Of a stretch of DNA of 64,000 nt, positions 1-10,392 are shown in pieces. A model generated the notes under the pieces. That model saw only the letters and a list, made by a program, of their open reading frames with translations, was not told the DNA's origin and searched no databases. This stretch comes from Macrostomum lignano (Eukaryota), in the NCBI GenBank assembly GCA_002269645.1, contig NIVC01000763.1:1-64000 (forward strand), in the 5' to 3' direction. Made by a program: the position numbers and the translations under genes. Numbering within the stretch: the first letter of the stretch is position 1; each line of letters opens with the position of its first letter.

Positions 1-555
1 GTCGCACAGGCTGGCCAACTCTTGCTCGACCCTGCGTCCTTCTCGTCCATAGGTTGTAGCCAGTCTCATCGATAAACACAGCCAGGTCATTCACAGGCAG
101 TCCCGTCATCATCATAGCATAGTCGCGCCTCGCTTGTATCACATCCTGTGTATTCGCAGCAAGCCTCACGTCGGCATCCTTGGTGGCGACTTTCAGTGAG
201 ATAAGCATGGAGTTCATCGCTCTAGCAATGGTGGATTCAGAGATAGCCGGCTTTTGTGGCAACTCCAAAGTCAGTTTTCTCTGCACATCCGTCAGAGTAA
301 CATAGGGATTTTGCTCAACTATCTGCTCAACGGCGTTCCGCATTTCAGCATCGATTTTTGTTGACCCGGCTTGCGGCCACCGCGTTGCAACGCATGGAAT
401 TCACCAGTAGCTGCGTAGCGACTCCATATCCGATAGGCCGTCTTCTTGTTCAGATTAAGGATTTTGGACGCAGTCGAAATTGAGTAACCATCTTCGACGG
501 CATTGACCAGGCGCTCTCTATCCTCGTTGCTTGTTAGACGCAGTTGATTTGCCAT
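1..555 (-). mobile_element. IS630/Tc1-mariner-like transposase, 5' part (runs off the left edge), one frameshift
   Basis: ATG at 555 gives an HTH-like N-terminus MANQLRLTSNEDRERLVNAVEDGYSISTASKILNLNKKTAYRIW..GGRKP. A -1 shift at the A5 run (355-359) continues as TKIDAEMRNAVEQIVEQNPYVTLTDVQRKL..ISESTIARAM..VFIDETGYNLWTRRTQGRARVGQPVR. FIDETG is the first catalytic Asp motif of DDE_3/IS630 transposases. Confidence 0.85.
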
Positions 556-777
556 AGCCCAGCCTTTGTTTTCAATATGGTTCTCACTTAGCTTTAAAAA
601 ATTTCTCACTTTGCTTGCAAGGCGATCCCAAAAAACTGGGCTGCAGCGAGGGGTGGCCATAGACAATAGTGTTTTTGCTATTCAGTCTCAGATTGCTTGA
701 AAAATGTCTCACTTAGCATGCAAAAACCAATACTAGGCTTTCGAGTGCGATAATAGTCTTGGCTCGAGTGCGCGAAG

Positions 778-1061
778 TTGTCAGCCTAACTGAGAATAAA
801 GCCATCCAAAGTGAGAATCCTGCCTACGCTGACTGCGAAGGGCCTGGCTGCGTGCAGCCTTAGTCTATGGGCCATAGACAATAAAGGACAAGCAAAGTGA
901 TAAAAAGCCATCCAATGTGAGAATCGATTGGTCTTTTAAAACTTTGCTTGTCCTTTATTGTCTATGGCCCATAGACTAAGGCTGCACGCAGCCAGGCCCT
1001 TCGCAGTCAGCGTAGGCAGGATTCTCACTTTGGATGGCTTTATTCTCAGTTAGGCTGACAA
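778..1061. repeat. Perfect inverted repeat, about 121-bp arms with a 42-bp spacer
   Basis: 778-898 (TTGTCAGCCTAAC..GACAAGCAAAGT) is the reverse complement of 941-1061 (ACTTTGCTTGTC..GTTAGGCTGACAA), compared by eye. Confidence 0.95.
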
Positions 1062-1174
1062 AACCAATATTAGGCATATTGTCCCATGACTGAGCGTGCG
1101 TTGAAAAAATTCTTCGTCACAGCACTGTACTTTATTATCTGCACGCTTTTTGTTCCTGCAGCTAGGAGTTCCTA

Positions 1175-1950
1175 CCATAGACATTTTCTTAGTGATAGAC
1201 AATTTCTTGCTATGCACAAGCTTCTGATCGTGAGTTTGGCCACATATGGATTCATTATTTCCTAACGGCATGAGAAGCGGCATGACGGCCGGTGAGATCT
1301 CCCACCATTTGGAGTGGGCCGACGTTGAGAAGCTTGTGGACGAGCAGTTACGTCTCCAATCAACTAGTGTGGACGACAACGAGGAGCTGAACCGCCTATT
1401 CGACTCCATCCCTGATTTAAACGACGACTTGGCCTCGATCGACCTTGACGCATCAATCCGGGCGCTGGAGCAAGAGACCGATGTCAAATCGTCTAAGAAG
1501 CATGAGACCAATACGTCGCGAAATTTCGCGATTTCTTGGCCAAGTATCCGCACCTGCGCGTCGATTTGGACACTCGCAACCTGAGGAGCTGAGCGTTGGC
1601 CTGCGCTACTTTTACGGCACTCTTCGCAAGACTGATGGCCAGCCGTATGCTCCTAGCAGCTCCTATGCTCCGGCTGCAAGTTTGGACGCATCTAAGATCT
1701 TCGTCGACCTTTCTGCTGTCATCTGTTTTACTGCTGACTTTTTGTTTCTGTGCATCGGTGTTAAATTCTGCTGTGTTTTTCTCCTTTGTTTTAATAAACG
1801 TTGCTTGCAAACTGCTGTTTTTTGTGGCGCTGTACGCTATTATCTGCACGCTTTTTCATTATCTGCACGCTTTTTCATTATCTGCACGCTTTTTTGGCTA
1901 CGCCGCGTAGGGTTGGGCCATAGACTGTAAGATTATTGCACGCTTTTTGG
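1175..1950 (+). mobile_element. Crypton-like (DUF3504 / tyrosine-recombinase family) remnant, N-terminal part only
   Basis: ORF 1246-1584 (acidic N-terminus, ETDVKSSKKHETNTSRNF) shifts +1 near 1520 into RFLGQV..EELSVGLRYFYGTLRKTDGQPYAPSS. This resembles the L..FY...RK.DG..Y.P.S motif of Crypton/KCTD1/ZMYM proteins. Flanked by CCATAGAC (1175, 1918) and repeated TATCTGCACGCTTTTT (about 1136, 1841-1893). No catalytic C-terminal half is present. Confidence 0.65.
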
Positions 1951-2608
1951 ACCAAAAACGCACGCTCAGTCATGGGACAATACAAAAATGCTTTGTGGCA
2001 GAGTGGAACAACATAGGGACCAAGCCTATGTAGAAAGAGTATTCAACCGAATAATTAACAATTCAATGATTAAGTCGGAATCGGGCCACGCAGCATCACG
2101 GATGAAAATTCAGACAGTTTTTTTACTTTTGTCAAAAGAAGTCAAAAGTCAAACCCTTCGCAGCTCCTATCCTTAATCATTGCAGGCGCTCTAGGAGCCG
2201 CAGGCAGAGTAAGCTGGAAGCGGTGGCATCTGCAGTTAAAGACAGCAGCGATACGAGAGCATACCAGCTAGAAATCCGAGAAAGAAAAGATTCCAAGAGA
2301 CAATGGGGGTCACAACAAAAGCACGAAAGGGATTCAAAATTATAAAAAAACCAAGACTTTACGTACTAGCGTGCGGGGAAGGATTTTCAAATGCGGATGA
2401 AAAGCTCAGCTCAGCTCATTGTTATATGCTGCTATATGCTCGTCGATTGAGCCATTAAAATAGGCGGCTACGATTGGCCACCACAATCGATGTTATTGAC
2501 TACTTAAGTCTCTTCCGTGCCTGGCGAAGAATGACATCTGCACAGTGGAAAGTTGTTGCTAGCAATTCTGATTCTTGCGAGACTACCGATAGCTAAAATA
2601 TTGAAAGA

Positions 2609-3724
2609 ATGAATCTCAAACTGCTGACTGCCGCTCTGCTCCTGCAGGCCCTCGTCATCGCCGACTGCCAGGCCAGTTCGAAGAGAAACGAGTTCCGACT
2701 CGACTCAAGCGACAGCAGCTCATCGCCAGTGAGCTTCGCTTCGCACAAGGCGGCCAGCCGGATCCACTGCTCCGGACTGTGCTCAGCCAGGTCTGGCTGC
2801 TTTGGCATCTGCTGGCTCAGCTCTGCTAGAGACTGCCGGCTCTTCACGGTGTCCGCCTTCTTCAACAGGGACTCCTGGACACTGCTCACGACCGGGCGTT
2901 GCGACATCTATGCTCCAGGTAAGTGGAACTTGTGGCTGGTGTCACTACGCTGGTATGAGTCTTGTGAGCACTCTACGAGTGCATATGCTGTTTATGTTGG
3001 CTACGAGTTCAACGTCGTGCTGTATGTCAGCGCCTGCCTTCTGGCCTGCTGCGCGAGAGGCGACTCAGGCTCACTCGTCACGTCATCCGGTCGGAAAGTC
3101 GCTGCCGCCAGCCGTTACACGACCAGCTGTTGTGGACGGCAGGTTCCGCAGAGACTTTTGACGGATGCGCGAACCCCGGTCTGACTCTGACTTGGGAAGC
3201 TGACTTTTTGAGATGTGCAGCACAAAGGCGTGCGTTCTAACACCTCCCCCTCTGTGGCGTATGGTGTTGTTGTTGTTGTTGTTATTAAAGCATATTAAAC
3301 GCCAACAATTTCAGATACAAGCATTAGGAAGATTATGTTCACAGACTGCACTCAAAGCAGCACTTCATCAGGCGGCGTTTGCAGCCGGGCTATCGATGGA
3401 GACAAGCGTCAAAATTATTTTGACGGATCTTGCAGCCACACCACCAACCACGGCTCTGAGTGGTGGGAGGGCCGGCTGTCACAGCAGTCCATGGTCGTAT
3501 CCGTCACCATCTACAACAGGCAGGACTGCTGCCCTGAACGTTTGAACGACTTCCAGCTGCTGGTTGACGGAGTTGTGTGCCACGAGGTGAACATTGAGAC
3601 TCCATTCTTGGTGAAGAACCTCAGCTGCTGGCAGCTCGGCAATCGAGTTCGAGTTCTGAATCGGCAAGCCGAGGCGTTTGCCATTTGCGAGATCGAAGCA
3701 TATGGCTTCTTCTATCCTGGCTGA
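2609..3724 (+). CDS. Secreted PAN/Apple-domain + F-type (fucolectin) lectin, 239 aa
   Basis: join(2609..2918,3315..3724), with CAG|GTAAGT donor and TTTCAG acceptor, phase 1 consistent, 720 nt. Signal peptide MNLKLLTAALLLQALVIADCQA; PAN-like Cys pattern CSGLC..GCFGIC..DCRL; F-type lectin motifs QSST..AIDG..CSHT..WW..IYNRQDCCPERL..ICEIEAYG. Confidence 0.88.
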
Positions 3725-5731
3725 TTCGACAGCTTCAATGGAAGTCTGTCAGATAGTTGACTAGCTGAATTTTCTAAGCGACATTCATTGAACAGTTTTT
3801 TTCAGAATTCAATCGTTCTAATGGTCGATAAATATACCAAAGCATGTCACAAGGATCTGAAGATAAAAGTGAAATCCCTGCTGACAAGTAAAAGCAATAA
3901 TTTCAATGACTTCGATGTTTTTATTGATTCACTGTTGACAAGTGGGGTGCTTTTTCTGTCAGTGCCAAGTTTTTGACATGGAAGGCAAGTGCTTGAAGCA
4001 CCTTCTGAGCTGTACATAGCACAAAAAGAAGTGTTCTAGTTTTTTGCAGCTAGTTTGATTCAGTTACCATGTAAAAATCGCTAAGGTCTTCTCATTCTGA
4101 AGCTGCAGACAGAGCAGCACCGTTTTGAGCGACAGGTGCTTGCAGCGCGCTATTGACGGGGCTATCATCAGAATTGTCATCAGAAACGCTCATGCAGCCT
4201 CTCCGGCAACCAGTAGGGGAAGGCTGAATAAGCGCGCATGTGTACGAGAGTATTTATACAATATTTGACAATTTTGATGGCACTCACCTCGCAAATAATT
4301 CTACGACTTGTGACCCAAACCCAATAGAAAAAATCTTGGATTATCAAGCATTGTGAAACGAGCTGTAACTTTATTTTTGGACGAGCAACTACAGTGTAGT
4401 AGTAAAATAAAAAACCCAAATGAAGCAAAGTACAACTACCGGTATGAAAGCAGATGCTTTGATTAAACCAGATTTACATTCATTTAAGTTCAAGAAGCAG
4501 CAATGGATTCAACAAAATTGGTTGCAGCTGCAAAGTGATGAGTTGCCACACGAAGGCCAGCGGATGCTCGGTCGGTACAAATCTTCTGTGTACAGCGGTC
4601 AAGACTCCGGTTCGGTCTCTGTCCTTGCCGCACTGGAATCCTCGATACCGATAAGCCGAACAAATAATAACGAATTTTAAGCTTGTGAAGTTTTCGCTCA
4701 AACAAATCCGACTGATTGTTTTTGCATATTTTATTTGCATCTCCCGCCAGTATCATCTCCCACTAAGTGACATCATCTGTATGACCGAACCCATTCATAC
4801 GGTTTTGTTTGAGCCACAACTTCACAAACTTACAATGATGTAGCATTTGTTATTAACTCTTCTGTTGATGGCTTTTTGAGTTTTGATTTATTCAGCCGAA
4901 CAGACAGATGATATACTTCGAGTATTGGGCTAATGCTGCGATTTTTTGCGTTTCGAAAGCAGTTGGCAGCAAGTCTTCTCGATTGAAGCTTCCAAGAATC
5001 TCTGAAATCAGGTTAATATTTGATATTAAAAGCTTTTTTGCATTTAGATTTCTTTTTCAGTTGGAGTTGTTCTCACGGAGATTTGCAATTCATGCAAAAA
5101 GTCGCTGAAAAATGGATTATCGAGATTTCGGAATATTTATGTTTTTTAGCACTGAATTCCCGATGTCTCTCATTTTCTGGTCTTCCGAACTACAAGCAGA
5201 ACAAGTATATTTTATCCGAGGTGCACTCACAACTTTGTCTGTGGTTAGAATGTGGGGCTTTGGACCCCGCTAGCAGCCAAAGGAAATATCTATGGAAAAA
5301 GCCTACTAACAATCATCGCCCCTCCTTTTTGGGCAGAACTGGGAAAACTCCACGCTGGGAAGAAAAGAGACAAAAAATAGCTTGTTCCGTTAGTAATTCG
5401 GAAGTCGAGAAACCGGGGGTATTGTGAGGCATAGTGCCGAAAACTTCCTATCTCAGTGATGCATCACCGTCAGCAGGCCTGTCAAAGATTCAATATAGAC
5501 TACTGAGAAAAGTAGACAAATAAATATTTGAATCGTGAAATCTCTCAAATAGCCCAAAAATGTCTCCATATAAAAGAAATGGCAGCATAAAAGAAACGTC
5601 AGTGCACACTGCGAGTGGTGGGAGAGGACGGCGTGTGGCTGAGGCTGACTGACGAACGGAAACCGGTCTGGGTCTGTACGAATTTAGCATCATTTTGCTT
5701 TCGTTGCGGATGCCCCCAGTTAAAGCTTTAT

Positions 5732-8700
5732 CTATAGCTCGCATAATGCCACTGCAGCAGTTCCCTTATGAGGACTCACAGTGCCTACAGTGCTATCCTT
5801 GAAAAGCCGGTCCCGCATCGCTCGCTGCAGTTCCGGCTCTCGTCCGATGACGCTTCTGTGTCGGTGAGCGATGCCGACCAGCCTGTCAACGTCCTGGCCG
5901 AATATCAGCGCCAGATAGATCTCCTGAGGGTCGGCAGACGGATCTTCTGCCAGCGCAGTGGTGTCTTCAATAATTGGCAGGTTGCACTGGCCCGGCAACA
6001 AAATTTTGGCCAGGTAGACAGCCAAAGCGTTGAAGTTCATGTAGAAAGCATTGATGTGGTTTGACAAATGAGCTGGAAAGATGTTGGAGTTGAATTCGCG
6101 CAGCACCTGTTTATCTGTGTCAATTTTATATTCGTCATCAAGCCGACAACAGAATTTAGCGATGTAGTTCTTCCTTAGCAGTTGCTGGCTCAGCTCAGTA
6201 GCAGTCCGACAGTGTTCGGGGTCCAGTCTTCCTGACGATGACCAGTCTGGTTCGCTGCAACTGGTTAGAATATGCAGCAGCTCTTCTCGAGCTTTGTCTC
6301 TCTGGCTGCGTCTCAACAATAACAGAACCCTCAAACAGACCTTTGCTGCGATCGCGAAGTCACCAATAGTTTCTGTCAAGGCCATGGCTTCTGCAAATTC
6401 ATCGTCAGTTTTTGACGATTCGTCTGTAGAAAGTATTTCCATGCACCTGGTTACAGCTACCGTGGCATTGTAAATGGCAGCGGAGTGGGCAGGTAAACTC
6501 TCCGATGCAGTCCCATCTTCCGGCTTGACGAGGTTCAATCGACAAAAACTCAGTGAAAAGTGGAGAAGCGGGTTGTAGATAATCTTCTCGTCCCCGACCT
6601 GCGGTCTCAACATCAGGGCAAATTCATTTAGAACCTTGTCCAAACTGTTAATTACTTTAGTAGTCGACTCGGCAATTGAAGCCGCGCAGCTCGATTCCTT
6701 CAGGTACAGTGCTGCTTCAGGCAGAAAAAAGTGCTTCATTAGTTTGAGGTCACCCGGTTGGACGGCTTTTAATGCGCTCTCCAATTCTGTCAGAGATTTT
6801 AGTAACAACGGGCGCAGGTTTTCCTTCTGCCAACACTCCGGTGGAGTGGCATCAAGAGCCTGGAATAGCAGCGTCTTCACGTGATAAGTCTTCAGGCCGA
6901 AAGTACTCGTGGAGGTGCAGATCGCATGCTTCACGATGTATTTTAATGTAACAAAGAACCAACACTGCACAGTGTTGAGACTCTTCATGACAATGTTTTC
7001 AAGAAAAGCGGTGCTGATTCTCTTCTGTCGGCCCCTCCTACCCGGTGCAGCTGCAGAGACCACGTGACAGGACTGCGGCCGATCGATCTCGATTTTCAAG
7101 GCTTGTAGCACATTCTCGGGAAAGTACCGAGCATTGTCCAGCAGAAATATTGTCGGGTAGCAGCAGCAAATCTGCGCTGCAACCATGTCCATGGACGGTT
7201 TGAGGTGCGACGGACCGTAGTATTTAGTCGGGTTGGATGCTAAAAGACACGACGGGAAAGAAATGGAAGCCAATGGTACAGAATTACAACAAAGTTCACT
7301 GTCACAAGATGAAGGCACTCACTGACTCCTGAAATCGTCACGTGCCCATCCTCGTACGCCATCTTGCTGCTGTCCGATACTGTTGGGCAACGACAGAACG
7401 ATGCAATGTGAATCGGCTCCCGAGTCTTGTCCAACAACAGTACGTCGATGTCAGATTCCAAGTCCGTGCTGCCATCGGCACTCACAATAGAATTGCCGCA
7501 TCCGTCACTGTAGCTGCCGACGAGGTGAGCTTCGAAGCCGCTCCAGTCGGCGCTGTCGGCAAACTGACAGCGCAAGATTGCCTGCTGAACTTTCGCCCTG
7601 ACTTGCAGGCACTGCATTCGCTCCTGGTTGAAACCGGCTCGTTCCAAAGCCTCGACCAATACAGACACACTGCTAGGATTGAAAGCAAACAAAAGCATAC
7701 AAATAAGTAACAATTTCAAACAGGTTCCGTCTTGGTCGTCTGCAGTTTGATTAGTGGTAATGCACTCAATTCTAACTGTCAGGATGGTACCAATGTCATC
7801 CAGCACTCTATTCTGACTGTCAGGACGGTACCAATGTCATCCAGCACTCCATTCTTACTGTCAGGATGGCACCAACGTCATCGAGCACTCCATTCTAACT
7901 GTCAGGATGGTACCAATGTCATCCAGCACTCCATTCTGACTGTCAGGATGGCTGCAACACACTCCTTCGACGCCAACGGTTGGTTAGCTAGTTCCGATAG
8001 GAATATAACACAAAATATTTGTTAAACTGAAAGATAAAGAGACAAAAATTACTTGAATCCATCGGAACACATTTCAGCCTCGGTAATTAGAGTCAGCATC
8101 TGCTCATTGTCTAGTAGCCTAACCAGTCCTTGGACCGAATCAGTTTGCGGCAAGCTCAGCAGAGCACTGACCGCCTCCTCCTTGCTGCACTGCATCAAGA
8201 GCTCCTTGCAGCATTCGACGTGGCCAAACGTCAACTTTGACGAGCGCTCAAGATACGGTAGCAGGCATTTTAGGCTTTCCAAATGTCCGCTTCGCGCAGC
8301 CAGCTCGATCGGCGTCAGGTTTTCAGCGTTAGAAGCGTCAGGATTCGCTCCATGGCGGAGCAGAAGTCCAACAATCGCTGCGTGACCTCGCATGACAGCA
8401 GTGTGCAGCGGCGTCATCTTCGAAGCGTCGGGATGTCCGATTAAACTTGGCGAACCGAGCGCCTCCAAGAGCAGCCTGGCTGCCTCTAGGTGTCCATCTC
8501 GACAAGCCAGGTGCAGCGGCATTCTTCCAAAGTCGTCTTGCCTGTCAGCCTCAGCTCTCGCCTTCAGCAGTCGCTGGATGACGTCAGAGTAGCCATACAG
8601 GGTGGCCACATGCAGCGGCGTGGACCTTTCGCAGTCCGGTGAGTTTACATCGTCACCAGCTTGGATCAAGCGCTGTACAACTAAGCCGTGACCATTATAG

Positions 8701-8945
8701 GCGGCTATGTGCAGTGGCCTCCAGAGATCACTCTTGCACTTTGTTATGCTGGCGCCTCGTTCAAGTAGCAGTCCGACCACAGTTTCGTGACCCCTCTCAG
8801 CTGCCAGAATCAGAGGCGTGGAGTTGTCCAACTCGTCCTGCTCATTCACGTCTGCTCCGGAATCGAGAAGCTGCTCTACCTTATCAAGTCTGCCTTCTGA
8901 AGCAGCAGCGTTTAGAGGCGTCCGGAAGCAGTTTCTGTTTTCCAT
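5732..8945 (-). CDS. Ankyrin-repeat + Mab-21/cGAS-like nucleotidyltransferase + helical C-terminal region (cGLR-like), 916 aa
   Basis: complement(join(5732..7239,7323..7672,8053..8945)) = 2751 nt. Intron 7673-8052 (AA|GTAATT..TTTCAATCCTAG, phase 2) and intron 7240-7322 (A|GTGAGT..GTCTTTTAG, phase 1) join three ORFs in frame. Seven ANK repeats (TPL..AA..GH), NTase motif GSYSDG..ESDIDV, third acidic residue in SMDMV, and Mab-21 C-lobe motifs KRISTAFLE, LKYIVK, LKTYHVKTLLF, W..ENL, HFFLP. The start Met is assumed; an upstream exon is possible. Confidence 0.85.
7760..7950. repeat. 41-bp minisatellite in intron 1 of the cGLR gene
   Basis: Unit CTGTCAGGATGGTACCAATGTCATCCAGCACTCCATTCTGA recurs at 7776, 7817, 7858, 7899. 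Confidence 0.92.
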
Positions 8946-10185
8946 TAGAAATTTCAAACATGCATGGTTTTTGACGCTTTGTATGGCGAGTTAAAAATCT
9001 GAAAAGTAATTAGAGAGCTCCAGAGCCATCAGAGGATGGCTCAGAGCTAAAAAGAAAGCGCATAAGGACGCTAGGAGAAGAAACAAGCCGCGCCCCTGAG
9101 CTCCCTCATTTCAACCAGCCAGCCCGATGGAAAAGCCACGGAGCTGCCGCGGACCTGCCTGGCAAGGGAACAAGATAGAGCCGATCGATGGGCCTCCCGG
9201 ACGAAGCTGGATAAGGCTCGTATCCTTTCCTAAGATGAACAGAAGCATGTGTACTGTTGACGGTGAAGGGATTAAAGTACTGTAGGGGATGGCGTAGCCG
9301 TATAGCTGCATCTAGCTTCTAGCACAACCTATGCATTAGAAATCCCCCACTCCGTTACCCCTGCGAGGCCAGAGCGGCCTTTTTATAGGCTGGCTAGTTT
9401 TTAAAGTGCTTTGGGACAGAACTTTTATCGGGGCCCGGGGGTTGCGTCCCCAATCCAAACTCTCCGAGTACCGTGTGCATGTAAAGCCATTGGTAAATTT
9501 TTTAACTCCTCGGAGGACAGGAATTTCGGAATTAAATTAAAGGAGGAGTCTCATTTTTTATTTCTCCTCGCTCCCATGAAGCTTGGCAACCTATCAGTCG
9601 TAGAATTGATGTTCTAGATAATCACAGTTCTTCTTTGTCTCTGATATCGCGGGTTAGATTCACCTGAGACCGACGACATATATATGTTAGGCATGCAGTA
9701 CTGCTCAAACCGTACAGAATCAGTACGTTGTAATAGGTGCGCTATTGTCCAAATTGCCCCACCACCCGGAAAAGTCCCACATCCCGTTTAACAATCCGCG
9801 ACGTCGGTCTGCGGTCGGTCCGACGTCGGCCATCGTCGGATTGCTGTACGGGCATCGGCCCAATAATATGCCATAAGACAAAAGCTATGTACAGAAGCCA
9901 TCAGCTAAAAACTGTCTCGAGAAGGGCCGGGGTTCATTTTAGGTTTTAATAATTCGAAGTTAGATATATAGCAGGTCCACCTAATTGTGGGAGGTATTTA
10001 ATTGACACAGGTATACTACAGTCTGAGAAGCCTAATGTAGGCTGTAGTATAGTGTCTTTCCAAGTTTATAACTTATGAATTACATGTACATTTAGGTAGT
10101 CTTTAATTATAATGATGTATTACGGGCACTGCTATAGAGTTTCTCACAGAGAATCACAATAACAATAAACTTAACATGGCAGAAA

Positions 10186-10392
10186 AGTTCAAGAAACGAA
10201 TTCTGACTCGAATCAAGTGGAAGCAGCTCCTCGCCAGAGTTTTATTTCACACAATTAGGTAGGCATTAATCACACAATTATAGATTCCCACTGCTCCGCG
10301 GACTGTGCTTAGGTTTTAGCTGCTTTGGAATCTGCTGACTTAGTGCTGCAAAGAGACTGCCGCGACTCTTCACGGTGTTTGCCTGTTTCAAC
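10186..10392 (+). pseudogene. Decayed copy of the PAN-domain exon of the lectin gene
   Basis: Aligns by eye with 2675-2866 (GAAACGAATTCTGACTCGAATCAAG vs GAAACGAGTTCCGACTCGACTCAAG; GCTGCTTTGGAATCTGCTGACT vs GCTGCTTTGGCATCTGCTGGCT; CTCTTCACGGTGT shared). It has an insertion, frameshifts and a TGG>TGA stop. Confidence 0.8.

Noticed and set aside
2802-3184. Read-through of lectin ORF 2609-3184 and the overlapping 2802-3161 ORF
   Set aside because: A consensus donor at 2919 and a phase-matched acceptor at 3314 explain the region as an intron.
7240-7806. Stand-alone 188-aa ORF as a separate gene
   Set aside because: Its N-terminal part is intronic minisatellite and polypyrimidine tract; only 7323-7672 is an exon of the cGLR gene.
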